A program made the position numbers and the translations under genes. A stretch of 64,000 nt of DNA from Gekko japonicus (lineage: Eukaryota): positions 1,190,186 to 1,254,185 of the forward strand of contig NW_015163100.1 in NCBI RefSeq assembly GCF_001447785.1, read 5' to 3'. This document shows positions 33,930 through 45,780 of the stretch, piece after piece. Each line of letters opens with the position of its first letter. Position 1 is the first letter of the stretch. The notes under the pieces were generated by a model. That model did not search any database. It had not been told where the DNA came from and saw only the letters and a program-made list of their open reading frames with translations.

Positions 33930-35110
33930 TGAAATATACTGGGTTCAACACGCGCTAGTGATCAGCTCATGCTTTATTGTGGAAACAGCTCGAACTAAGG
34001 ACAAACTAGCAGGACCGAAGCCCTGCTTAAATTCGCACCCAGCACCACACATCCCCCCCCACACACACACACTACCAGTGTTCCCTCTAAGCTGAGCCAG
34101 TGTGAGCCAGCTCACAGTTTTTTAGCCTCCGGCCCACACATTTTTGTCTTCGCTCAGGAAGGATGGCCCCAGAGCAAACTCATTTAGGCAGCAGCCAAAA
34201 CGCTCGCTCACCACCTTAATGCCAACAGCTCACAAAGTAGAATTTTTGCTCACAAGACTCCACACCTTAGAGGGAGCATTGCCCACTACCTGTGATAGGT
34301 TATTTACAGGGGCACTCCTGGGGGATAGGTTCGTCCCAGGATCCTAGCAGTCTATTGTTCTGTGACTCCAAGCTGGGTCGGACAGGTTAGGCTCAGTACA
34401 CAACACTCCTCCCCCCAAAGTTCAGACTTCCCAGCAATCATAGTCCCTTAGATAGGTCGGTCTGCGTCGCTCACGGTTCAAGCCACGTGGTTCCGTTGGC
34501 GGGACTGTGGCTTCTGTCTCTGGTCCCGATGCAACAGCCACGGGGCCCGGGGGCAGTGGTAATGTCGGCACGACCTTGGGCCCGTCAGTTGTTACCTGTT
34601 CTGGTGTGGCACCCACCAGTCCACCTGGGGTTTCGTTGGCGGCGGGTTGGTCACTGGGACACCATGCTTGGCCTCCGGCTCCGGTAGAGCTGGCAACTCC
34701 GCGTTGTCTTCATCCGGGGTCGTTGAGGGAAGGCTTGGCTCCACGGAGAAGACGACAGCGGAACTGATCGATGTGCCTCCGTATTTTCTGGACACCGTCG
34801 CTAGACACTTCATAAGACAGAGGGCCAGTGACTCGGAGAACCTTGGCCGGAATCCAGGTGGGGCCGCTGGAGAAGTTCCGGGTGTAGACGGAGTCGCCTG
34901 GGAAGAACCCCCGGGGTGCCACTTGGTATTCGGGGGCCGCATGATGCTCCACCGCGTGGTCAGGGTGCATCAGGTCCAGACGTGTGGTGAGGCGTCGTCC
35001 CATGAGAAGTTCCGCTGGGCTGCAGCTGGTGGAGGTGCACAAGGTCACCCACTGGCCAAAAAGGAAGGTCGCTCGGCGGCTCTCCTGCGCCCTCGGAGCC
35101 TTCAGGCAGG
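33930..35110 (-). mobile_element. Gypsy LTR-retrotransposon 3' remnant: integrase C-terminus, PPT and 3' LTR (34405-33930, interrupted by a MITE)
   Basis: ORF 34710-35135 (SPAELLMGRRLTTRLD...GDSVYTRNF...WIPAKVLRVTGPLSYEV...RRHIDQ), RERRRPTYLRDY, PPT ggggggaggag then TGTTG; AATAAA at 33978-33973; CA end at 33930. Confidence 0.8.
34076..34281. mobile_element. hAT MITE family A inserted in the Gypsy LTR
   Basis: TIRs; 7/8 TSD cacactac / cccactac. Confidence 0.85.
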
Positions 35111-36007
35111 TGGCATCACTGGGGGCTTTGGGCAAAAAATCATTTCCCTGCTCCTTTGGCCCTTATAAAAAGTGACGTGGCTCCCAGTGAAGGGTTGGGT
35201 ATAAATCCAATCTCTTCTTCTTCCCCAGAGCAAGTAAAACGGATATTCTGCCAGGCCTATGGTTGAGGACAACCATGGTTTTTATTCGGATTCTGCCCAG
35301 GCCTTCACCATGCCAGGTCCACGATTCACCCTATGGAGGGAGAGGAGTTTTGTATGCCATCAATTTATCTGGAGAATGCGATGGTTGTATGGGTCATTTG
35401 TATTTTTACTAATTTTACTGTTTATTGTAGATCTTTAGTCTATTCTGTGTCGCTACTGAAAAGTACTGGGGGAGGCAGGCCCATTCTCCCACCCCCGAGC
35501 GAGCGGCGCCGGGGCAGCGATGCTCGAGGCGGGATTGCACACATTTATTGTACTTAACATCGAACTGCAAAACGGCCCTGCAAGGCCAACGATATACACA
35601 CCCACACAGCACACCCACAGTCCCATTGGGGGGGGGTTGAATTTCCCTCCATAGTTCCTATTGGTCCGTGCTGGGGGAACTAGGATCCTCAGTTCCTATT
35701 GTCTTGAGGAGCTAAGCTCCTGCCTGTAGCCGCGGACCCCTGCTGGCGGTCCGCGTACATAACAATATGATGCACCTCCCTGAGCCCTCTGGTGGAGGGC
35801 GGTCTATAAATTTGTTTGTTGTGGATCCTGCCCAGTGGAGGTTCTGGGCAGAATCAGTCTTGCAAAGACTTCTTCTCCAAGAAACGGGTAGTCTGTTGGC
35901 AATGCAGGTCCTGTTCTCAGCAGAGAAGAATGAAGGCAGGAAGAGGGTTTGGGATTCGGAGTTCATCCTGTTGCTTTGGCACAGGGCCTTGTGGTGCGTG
36001 GTGCGCC

Positions 36008-36212
36008 CAGTGTTCCCTCTGAGCTGAGTTAGTGTGAGCTAGTTCACAGTTTTTTAGCCTCTGGCTCACACAGTTTTGCCTTCGCTCAGGAAGGATGGCT
36101 CCAGAGGAAGCTAATTCATGCAGCAGCCAAATCGCTCACTCGCAACTTTAATGCCAGTAGCTCACAAAGTAGAATTTTGCTCACAGGAGTCCACAGCTTA
36201 GAGGGAGCATTG
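36008..36212. mobile_element. hAT MITE family A
   Basis: TIRs; 7/8 TSD ggtgcgcc / tgtgcgcc. Confidence 0.85.
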
Positions 36213-37759
36213 TGTGCGCCCCTGTTGGTCAATGAGGTCCCAAATGCCAGGCCACCCCTTGCCTACTGTCAGGTCAAAGTGTTATGCCAGCAGACCCTCG
36301 CCTTTTGGCGAAAGTGTGCAGAAGCAGTAATGGCTCTTTGGCCAAGTGAAGCAGAGAACAGCCTCACCCCCATTTCCTGTTCTTTTCAGAGATTATCGGC
36401 TTGTGTTAAATGGCTTTCAAAACACCATCGATGTTTCCCCAGAGGATGCTCCAGATTCCCAGCAGGTTTAAACTTGCTGTGTTTTGTCTGACCTGGTAAT
36501 CCAGTGATCTATCCTGGTTTTGCAAGGGCCTGTGCAGCAGAGCCCCGGGGGAGTGCGTGGGTGGGTGCCTGGAGGGAGGTCTGGAGTCACTTTGTAACTT
36601 CAGCACAAAAACTCCCCCCTCCCCCGAATTTGGATTCCAAAAGTATAAATGGCACGCCTCGGTGGTTTGCCCTCACCAGCTAACAATTCATGATTTGCTG
36701 CCGGCCCCTAACTCTGAAATTGTGCACCTAATGACAGCCTTTTTTGCTCTTGGAGCAAGCCCTTTCTGAGCACATTTAGGGATCAACTTCTGCCATCCTC
36801 TTCTCTCTTTATTTGCTTGCCATGTATAGGAATTGAGTTGAAAGGGGGCAAAAACCTGTCCCTGAGACTACCTGGAATTTAAGGCAGGTTTTTTAAAGAG
36901 CCAAAGGAAAAAATAACCCCCACCAAGTATACATGTCAGGTAGCCCTGTCATGGAGTTGGAATGTGGAGGGGTACATTGTCTCCTCTTCGTTCTCAGCTC
37001 TGCCCTGTCTAGCTTCTGGATGTTATCTCCTTTGCTTTGACCTTGTTGTTGTTCCCAGCTGCAAAGTAACCGGCCTGGGAACCTAATGGCTTGGCGCTCA
37101 GCAGCTCGCTTGCCAGCTTCAGCCCCCGCACGCGAAATTTACTCATTGGCTTTGGCTCCGGGGAGTTTGATTGTACTATAAGTCAGTGACCATCATATTG
37201 CAGGTCATTCCTGACACAAGCTGTATACTCGTTCTTTAGTGATGGACTACAAATAAAAACACTTCTCTTTCCAAGAAGGCTTTGTGTGTGGTGTGATCCT
37301 GCTAAGGAGCCTGACAATTCACTATGCACCATAATACACTGTACACTATAATTTAGCTGCCATCCAATCTTAATCAATCTCAATATTAATTTTATGATTA
37401 ATTTTGTGCTGTTCTCTAATAATTTACATTTATAAGTGTCTCCATAGACTGTTATAATGAAATGCTCAGTACATAGAATTTGAAAGTGATTCTCAGTTAT
37501 AGGAAGTTTCACCGAGCAGTGGCCGTATGAAACAAGGGCTTGTAGCCAGAAAAACCTCAGAGCTCCTTGGCTGGTGTAAAGCTGCAGTAGACAAAGACAT
37601 GGGAAGACGCCTGGAAGGAGCCATGTGCCCCCGAGGAGCAAGGAGCTCTTTGTTTCTCTGGGTGGCTCACAAGCCAAGAGAGAGCCAGGGAGGGGCAGGC
37701 CAGATAGTGAGTTTCCTGGCTGGGAAAGCCAGGAATAAAGAGGCTGTGAACATGGCCCC

Positions 37760-37940
37760 AGGAGGAACTGATGCTCTGTATTCCTGGTGCTTGGGGGGCA
37801 ACCGTGGGAGGGCTTCTGGAGTTCTGGCCCCTGCTGGTGGACCTCCTAATGGCCCCTGGCTTTTGCCCATTGTGTGACAGAGTGTTGGACTGGATGGGCC
37901 ATTGGCCTAATCCAACACGGCTTCTGTTATGTTCTTACTT
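37760..37940 (+). mobile_element. CR1 3' UTR fragment
   Basis: gtgtgacagagtgttggactggatgggccattggcct...ttatgttctta, shared with 58660-59005. Confidence 0.75.
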
Positions 37941-38250
37941 CTTGGGCTTGGAGCCCCCGTGGCTGGTGGGAAGCAAGGCTGACAGCCCCCTTTCCCCTTC
38001 AGTGCTTACGTGACAGAAAGCTAGGCTGACCTGCTCCAACACAAAGATGGAGAAAGACCCCAAAGGGGAAACAACCCTTCCCTGCCAAGGGATCTGGTGG
38101 ATCCACTCTATACAGCCATGGGGGAAGACTGGGCCTCCTGAACCCCCACCCCCCACAACAGCATATCTGTGAAGGTTCTATCCCAGCATTCCTCCAAGGA
38201 GCTCAAGGTTCTCCGGTTTCCCATTTTAGCCTCACAACAGTCCTGTGAGG

Positions 38251-39512
38251 TTTGTTGTTGTTCAGTCGCACAGTCGAGTCCGACTCTTCGCGACCCCATG
38301 GACCAGATCACGTCAGGCCTTCTGGTCTTCCGCCATCCTCTGAAGTTGGCTCAACTTCATGTCTGTTGCATCTTGACACTGTCTAACCATCTCATCCTTT
38401 GCCGTCCCCGTCTTCTTTGACCTTCAATCCTTCCCAGCATCAGGGTCTTCTCCAGTGAGGGCTCCCTTCTCATTGGGTGGCCATAGTCTTTGAGCTTCAG
38501 TTTCATTATCTGGCCTTCCAGGGAACAGTCAGGGTCGATTTCTTTTAGGATTGACTGATTTGATCTTCTTGCAGTCCAAGGGACTCTCGAGAGTCTTCTC
38601 CAGCACCATAGTTCAAAAGAATCTATTCTTCTGCGCTCGGCCTTCCTTATAGTCCAACTCTCGCAGCCACACATGACTACTGGGAATACCATTGCTTTGA
38701 CCATGTGGACTTTTGTTGGCAGGGTGATGTCTCTACTTTTTATCATGCTGTCTAGGTTCGCCATCGCTTTCCTCCCAAGGAGCAGGCGTCTTTTGATTTC
38801 ATGGCTGCTGTCACAGTCTGCGGTGATCTGGGATCCCAGGAACGTGAAGTCTGTCACTACTTCCACGACTGTAGACTGTAGAGGTAGATTAGGCCAAGAG
38901 AGANNNNNNNNNNNNNNNNNNNNNNNNNNNNNNNNNGGGCGGGGCTTCATCATGTGCCCCGCCCCCCCATACCTCACCCGGGGGAACTGCGTTCCCCCGC
39001 GTTCCCCCCCAAAATGACCTCTGTCTATGACACTGTCTAACCATCTCATCCTTTGCCGTCCCCGTCTTCTTTGACCTTCAATCCTTCCCAGCTTCAGGGT
39101 CTTCTCCAGTGAGGGCTCCCTTCTCATTGGGTGGCCAAAGTCTTCAGTTTCATTATCTGGCCTTCCAGGGAACAGTCAGGGTTGATTTCTTTTAGGATGG
39201 ACTGATTTGATCTCCTTGCAGTCCAAGGGACTCTCGAGAGTCTTCTCCAGCACCATAGTTCAAAAGAATCTATTCTTCGGCGCTCGGCCTTCCTTATAGT
39301 CCAACTCTCGCAGCCACACATGACTACTGGGAATACCATTGCTTTGACCATGTGGACTTTTGTTGGCAGGGTGATGTCTCTACTTTTTATCATGCTGTCT
39401 AGGTTCGCCATCGCTTTCCTCCCAAGGAGCAGGCGTCTTTTGATTTCATGGCTGCTGTCACAGTCTGCGGTGATCTGGGATCCCAGGAAAGTTAAGTCTG
39501 TCACTACTTCCA
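38251..39512 (-). mobile_element. 5'-truncated BovB (RTE) LINE, duplicated across N-gap 38904-38936
   Basis: ORFs 38357-39127 and 39124-39513: FLGSQITADCDSSHEIKRRLLLGRKAMANLD...ESWTIRKAERRRIDSFELWCWRR...GRQRMRWLD; (CAA)n tail at ~38251. Confidence 0.92.
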
Positions 39513-40139
39513 CGACTGTAGACTGTAGAGGTAGATTAGGCCAAGAGAGAGGGGGAGAGGCCCACAGTCACCCAGTGGGTTTAGTGGCAGACTGCAGCTT
39601 GGAACTCTGTTCTTTCCAGCCCTGGTCCAGCACTGATCAACAGAGACCGGCAGTGGCAGGTGCAGCATCCTCCATTTGGCTTTGCAGCAGAACCTTTTGG
39701 AGCCTTCCCTGTTAGTCCAGGCGGGACAAGTGAAACCTGCAGAAAATTGCTAGGCAGTGGGAGTGACCCCGGCTCCCTCAAAGATGTTGAGCAGAGAAGA
39801 TGCCCTTGAACAGTAACCTTGATGGTCGCCTCCTTACCGCCAAGAAGGCTTTTCTGCCTCATCTGTTGCTGCCCTTCTGAGGACTCCTGGTCACAGGAGC
39901 CTTTCTAGTGCAGCAGAATCAAGCCCAAGCCAACATTTCGGGGTGATTCTGGTTGCTGAAGCAGATTGTGGACATCCTACTACTCCCACAGAGAGAAGCG
40001 CTGCCCACCCTGGAGTAGGTGAAGCGGGTTTTCAGCACTTGCCTGGGCACTGGCAACACAGCGTCAACCCAAACAAAGGTGGGTGGAAGGATCATGCCAC
40101 GGGGACAGCCCGGCTGAAAAAGAATTCTGGGCTTCTTCT

Positions 40140-40600
40140 TTTTTCTTTTTTCAAATTTTTATTTACGTTGTTTTACATCATTCTTAACAGATGTATCGCT
40201 TACAATAAAGTTGTTACCATTCTTTTGAGTCTATTACATTACTTCTTTTCTAACCATTTATACAGTCTATTCCATCTTTCTTTAAATATATCATCATCTT
40301 TTCCTTGTACAAGCAATGTCAATTTGTCCCACTCTGTTATGTCCAACAGTTTTATATATCCATTCTTCTCTTGAGGGTATTTTTTCTTGTTTCCAATACT
40401 TAGCAAAAACAATTCGAGTTGAAGTTAACATATATGTTATCATCACATATTGATTTATTGTATTACAGTGATCTGGTAAAATATTTAACAAATAAATTTG
40501 TGGTAAGTAAGGTAAGTCTATATCCAGAATTTCACATATCGCTTTATGTATTGTGTGCCAGTAGTTTTGTGTTAGAATTCGGGGTTTCAACGTCTTCAGA
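40140..40600 (-). mobile_element. L1/Tx1-type LINE 3' fragment
   Basis: ORF 40294-40713 (YWHTIHKAICEILDIDLPYLPQIYLL...RIVFAKYWKQEKIPSREEW); A-rich tail. Confidence 0.7.
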
Positions 40601-40881
40601 GAGCTGGCGGGTACCCTGAAGCGCAAAAATGCTCTCCGCCTGATGTTTTTTGTCTTGTGGAAATGCATGACTGCTTCCTGGGTCTGGGTTGTCTTGTGGA
40701 GGTGGCCATGCACAAAACCTACTGTGCTGGTGCGCCCCTGTGTTTCTCTTGGGCTGCGCCTAGCATTTTGCTCCAGAGGGTTTGGTGGTCACCTCCCTGC
40801 AGCTCCCATTGTGTCCAGGAGAGAGCGACCAAGAGCAGGTTGCCAGGACAGGTTCCCTCCTCGCCTCTAGCGGCATGCTCT

Positions 40882-41055
40882 AGCGAAGCAGATCCTGCTT
40901 AGCAGTTGGATGCTGGTTAGTGAGGGCCACGGGCAAGGATCCTCATTTGGTAAAGAAGTGAGTCCAAGAGCGAAGCAGATCCTGCTTAGCAGTTGGACTC
41001 TGGTTAGTGAGGGCCACCGGCAATGATCCTCATTTGGTAAAGAAGAGAGCCCAGG
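40882..41055 (+). repeat. 87-bp tandem duplication
   Basis: agcgaagcagatcctgcttagcagttgga... at 40882 and 40969. Confidence 0.85.
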
Positions 41056-42147
41056 AGGCTGTTGCTATCCCAGGTGTCCCAAACACACGAAAGGTGAGAC
41101 ATCGCAACTTTGATTCACAAATGTATTAGCTCAAAGTTAGGGTCCAGTGGCACCTGTAAGACCAACAAAGTTTAATTCCGGAAGCCCTGACCTGGATAGC
41201 CCAGGCAAGCCCGATCTTGTCAGGTCTCGGAAACCACCCTCTGAATGCCTGTTCCCTTGAAAACCCAGTGGCTGTGACTTGAATGGCGCCCGTGCAGTAG
41301 ACAGGAGTGCATTGAAAGGGTCTGGGTGCCCCAAGGGACAGCTAGACCGCCTGCAGACCTGCACCTGCCAAGCAATAAGCACATGGCAGTTTCCATGTAT
41401 TTCAGCCCGCCCCAGAGGCAGCGTTCATCTCCTCGTCTGGGGACATGATCTTGTCTGGAACTCTGCAGGCTTGTGAGGTGGGGCTGAAGGGACCCCCAAT
41501 TAAAAAAATGGCTGCTGCTGAGCCTGGAAATGTGCCCTGGTGTCCTGGAGGCCACAAGCCTGGGAGAGGGAGCCAGGGCAGGACCTGCTTCTCCCATGAT
41601 GCGTGGGCCACCCCCCTCACCAGCCGTTCCGTCCTGAACCTCTCCCCGAGGAGAGGCCACAGCTTTCCTTACCCGTGTTATGTTTATACCTGGCCCTGCT
41701 CCAAGAGGGAATTCTACTGCTCAGAAACTGGGGGGTGAATTTGATAGTGAGCCAGCTGGAATCTTGACCACACTGTCTGCTCTGAACCGGGTCCCGGAGT
41801 GCGTGTGCACGAGAGAGAGAGATTTCGGTTGTGCAAATGTTAATGAGGAAGTAGGTTGGAAACTGGAACACTCCCCCAGTTCTGGTCCCCCCGTCTCACA
41901 AAGAGTGCTGAGCTGAAAAAGATGCAGAGAAAGGCATGCCAAGTGATCGAGGGGGCTGGGGCTTTTAGTTTAGGGTGGGGGAAGCCACGAAAGAGGTTTA
42001 TAAAACTGTGTACAATACAAAAGGACATCTTCCCTCTCTGAAAGTGTTGCTTTGTGGAGTCACCCGGTGCTGTTGATGGGTGGTAGAGTCAGGGCAGGCC
42101 AACGGATGTGGAGAATCCACTGCCTCGGACGGAGGTGGCTGGCAGAC

Positions 42148-42466
42148 GAAAGTGCCGTCAAGTTACAACCAACTTATGGTGACCACTCACAGGGCTTTCC
42201 AGGCAAGAGACGTTCCTGGCCCCACTGATGGCCCCTGGTATTTCTGGCCACTGTGAGACACAGAGTGTTGGACTGGATGGGCCTTTGGCCTGATCCAACA
42301 TTGGCGTCTCTTATGTTCTTATGTTCAGAGGGGGTTCGTCGTTGCCTGCCTCTGCATAGCAACCCCGGACTTCCTTGGCAGTCTCCCATCCGGGGACTAC
42401 CCAGGGCCGACCCTGCTAAGCTTCTGAAATCTGACAAGACCTGGCTGGCCTGTGCCATCCAGGTCA
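42148..42466 (-). mobile_element. 5S rRNA-derived SINE with a CR1 3' fragment (~42215-42326, +) inserted
   Basis: Minus strand tcagatttcagaagcttagcagggtcggccctgggtagtccccggatgggagactgcc resembles 5S rRNA; CR1 tail ttatgttcttatgttc. Confidence 0.7.
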
Positions 42467-44373
42467 TGACTGTGTGGGTTAGGGTCACTTATATCAAAAG
42501 CTGTCAAAAAGGGCCTTCCATTCCTGGGGGACAGGCCCCCCAGTGGCTGTCAGCTAAACAGAGTTTCTGTGCTGTGGAAACCATTTGCTGGGCCGGGTAG
42601 GGTGGGAAGAGGGGCCTTCATCATAGCCACAGGTCAGCTCACCTGTGGAATTCCCGGAGGGGCGTGTGGCTGTCCTCGGAAACAGGATGGAGACCTCAGT
42701 GGGCTCCAGTGTAAGCATCCCCCCCCCCCAACCACCAGTCGCCTGTTCTCTTTGTGCTGTTGGGCCGGGCAGCACGGACTAATCCGACATGATGCTTAAA
42801 TTATCCTTTAAGAATGTGAAACTAATCGTGCATGAGATCTGCCGGGGTCCTGGGAAACAGAGGCGCATTCCTGACAGCCTCCCAGGAGGAGCCTTCCCCC
42901 CCCCCGCCTGCCCACAGGAGCCGTTGTGGGAGTCGGTCCTTCAGCGGCCGCCGAACACTCCCCATCCCGTGGCTCACGGGGGCAGGAGGAAAAACAATCC
43001 AAATGGGAGCTTGCCAAATGGAAAAATGATAACACCGTGCAGGGGGAAGCGGTGCTGACAGACACATGAATGCCTCTTCACCTCTCTGCCCAGGATGCGC
43101 CATTCCCACCCACCGCAGGGCCTCCCTCAGACCCAACCTCTGTCCAGCAAGTGGCAGGAGCCCACTGGCCTGTGGGACAGAATTCCTCATGACCCCTGTC
43201 CCCCTGAACGGGGCAGCCGCTGTTGTGCAAAGAGAGCTGGTAGAAAAGATCGCCTGGGAGCTGGGTTCTGCTCAGCTAGGAGGGCGAAGACGTTTGGAAT
43301 GGCCGAGGCTGGATGACAGGAATTGTGAACCCAGAGGGCAGTCGAAAATATTCAGAGTCCTGTTTATTGGCCTCATGGGCTCAGGGTGGCCCACTGGGGC
43401 AAATGGGATCCACGCCAACCCTACTTAAACAATCCTCTTCTTTGTCGGGAGGGAGGAAAGGATCTATAGCAGCCGGCAGGCAGAACACTGTGTTTTATTT
43501 ATTTATTTTGTTCTGTTACTTGTTGTTGCTACGAATATTATTTTTATGCTGCTACCAAGTATGATTGCTGAACACAGCATCTGAGAAGCAATGAAGAGGC
43601 AGAAGACTGGGATCCCGTGGGAAGGGAATTCAACAACCAGGATGCCACTATGGCAAAGGCAGGGGACGGGGGCGTATCGTTGCCAGATCCAGGTTGGGAA
43701 ACGCCTACAGATTTGGGGATTGAGCCTGGGGAGGATGCAGACCTCAGTGGTGGGGTACAATGCCATAGAGCCCACCCTCCAAACCATCCATTTCCTCCAG
43801 GGGCACGGATCTCTATCGTCTGGAGATGACTGAGATGTACTTCCAGGTCGGCACTCCCAGTGGCAGCCCACCTCCGCGGCTCTGGATGCGGGTCACACAG
43901 CAGGGATTACTGAGCAAGAAGGCCTTGCGAAAGGCAGACTATCGGTGATGCAAACAAATTCCTTAAGATGGAGCTCACTTCAGCGGAGGTGCCTGCTTGG
44001 GAAGCCCATATAAGAATGGGGAGTGAGTCACTGGGCGTGGGCTCCCTTCTTGGATCGGGGCCTGGAGGAATGTGGGGCAGAAAGGCACATCATGAGCTGG
44101 AGGCCGGCCCTACAGGACTCCCTACAGGACTCCCCAAAAAGCTGAGCTCACGCCCGACATAAACAGGGCCACTGGTAGCTTGGCTGACCACATGGGCATG
44201 ACTCCATCCCTGGTCTCACTGTCATGTCTGATTGGTGAACTTCAGGGTGGGGGTGGGGAGCTGGACTCGATGAGCCAGCCCTTCGGTCTAGCAAAACAGG
44301 TGCTCAGTTTTGAAGTGCCGCATTCCCAAACAAAGCTGTGGGGTGGGGTGGGGGGTGGGAAATGGGAGTGGGG

Positions 44374-44579
44374 CAGTGTTCCCTCTAAGCTGACTTAGTG
44401 TGAGCCAGCTCACCGTTTTTTAGCCTCCGGCTCACACATTTTTGTCTCAGCTCAGGAAGGACGGCTCCAGAGCAGACTAATCTATGCAGTAGCCAAATTG
44501 CTCGCTCACAACTTTAATGCCAGGAGCTCACAAAGTAGAATTTTTGTTCACAAGAGCCCACAGCTTAGAGGGAACATTA
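44374..44579. mobile_element. hAT MITE family A
   Basis: TIRs; 7/8 TSD gagtgggg / gtgtgggg. Confidence 0.85.
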
Positions 44580-44724
44580 GTGTGGGGGTAAAGGACTGTC
44601 AAGTGACCCCCCGGGAGGGGCTTTCCAGGCCAGTGAGAAGAAGCAGAGGTGGTTTGGCATGGCCTTCCTCTGCAGAAAGTTTCAGGTGGGGCAGCCGTGT
44701 GGGTCTGAAGTGGCAGAACAAAGG

Positions 44725-44865
44725 TTTGAGTCCCCTTGAGCACCTTTAAGACTGACAAGTTTTATTCGACATATAAATTGGACAAAGTGTGCTTGCCTAT
44801 GAAAGCTTATACTTTGAATAAAATTTTGTTGGTCTTAAAGGTGCCCAGTCTGGACTCATGCTTCG
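44725..44865. mobile_element. Short palindromic Penelope-like remnant (related copy ~50050-50160)
   Basis: gcacctttaagactgacaagtttattc ... gaataaaattttgttggtcttaaaggtgc. Confidence 0.55.
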
Positions 44866-45574
44866 TTCTTCCTCTGCAGAGTCTTCCTTGGCGCTGTTCG
44901 CTCCTGAGACCTTGCACGACTGCCTTGGTCACACAATCCCCTTCCACAGCCCAGGCTGGAAATAAGGCTCAGAGCAAAGTCATTGCTGTCTCCACAGGAT
45001 TTCCCTGCCCTTCTCCCCTCCCAGTTCTCAGTCCCAAAGGGTACTGTTGAGGAAGGTGCGCACTTTGCCCCCAAATCTTGTTCCCCACATCTGTCCCGGG
45101 GCCTTGCCGTCATTTCTGCACAAGCAGAGCAGGCAGCCTTTCACTCAAGAAGGGAGAGAAGTCACAGGACCCATACCTCTGGCTCATCATGTCACTCCCC
45201 ATCGTGCTGCACGATCAGGAGGAAGCCGATTGTCACCATCCCACTCTCTCTTGGCGCCACTTCAAAAGAAAGGGGAGAGGGTGGGGACCGACCAGAGAGG
45301 GCTCCCTGCATTCTCTCGCGCTGTCGTCACCACCTCTGCTTTCGCTAGGCCAAGAACAACAGTGGCCAGGAAGAAACAAATTATAGCCCTGCTTTGGCTT
45401 TTTGTCCTGCCGCCTTGATTTATGAGCCTCAGCGCAGCCATTACGAGTTGAAAGAAAACACTCCAGGGCCCAAGACTTGTGCATTGCGGAGGTCGGGGGC
45501 TTCCAGTAAAAGGAGGGGGAAGCAGCCCCCCAAAGAGGTCTCCTTCTTGTAGGCTGAATGCCAACTGCCAGGCC

Positions 45575-45780
45575 CTGTGTTCCCTCTAAGCTGAGTCAGT
45601 GTGAGGTAGCTCACAGTTTTTTAGTCTCCAGCTCACACATTTTTGTCTTAGCTCAGGAAGGATGGCTCCAGAGCAAACTAGTTTATGCAGAAGCCAAGTC
45701 CCTCACTCACAATTTTAACACCAGTAGCTCACAATATAGAATTTTTGCTCACAAGACTCCACAGCTTAGAGGGAACATTG
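45575..45780. mobile_element. hAT MITE family A
   Basis: Body and TIRs match the family; TSD not recognisable. Confidence 0.8.

Noticed and set aside
35731-35750. CTCF-like motif (ccgccagcaggggtcc on the minus strand); others near 40862 and 59003
   Set aside because: Partial matches only; cannot be supported without PWM scoring or ChIP
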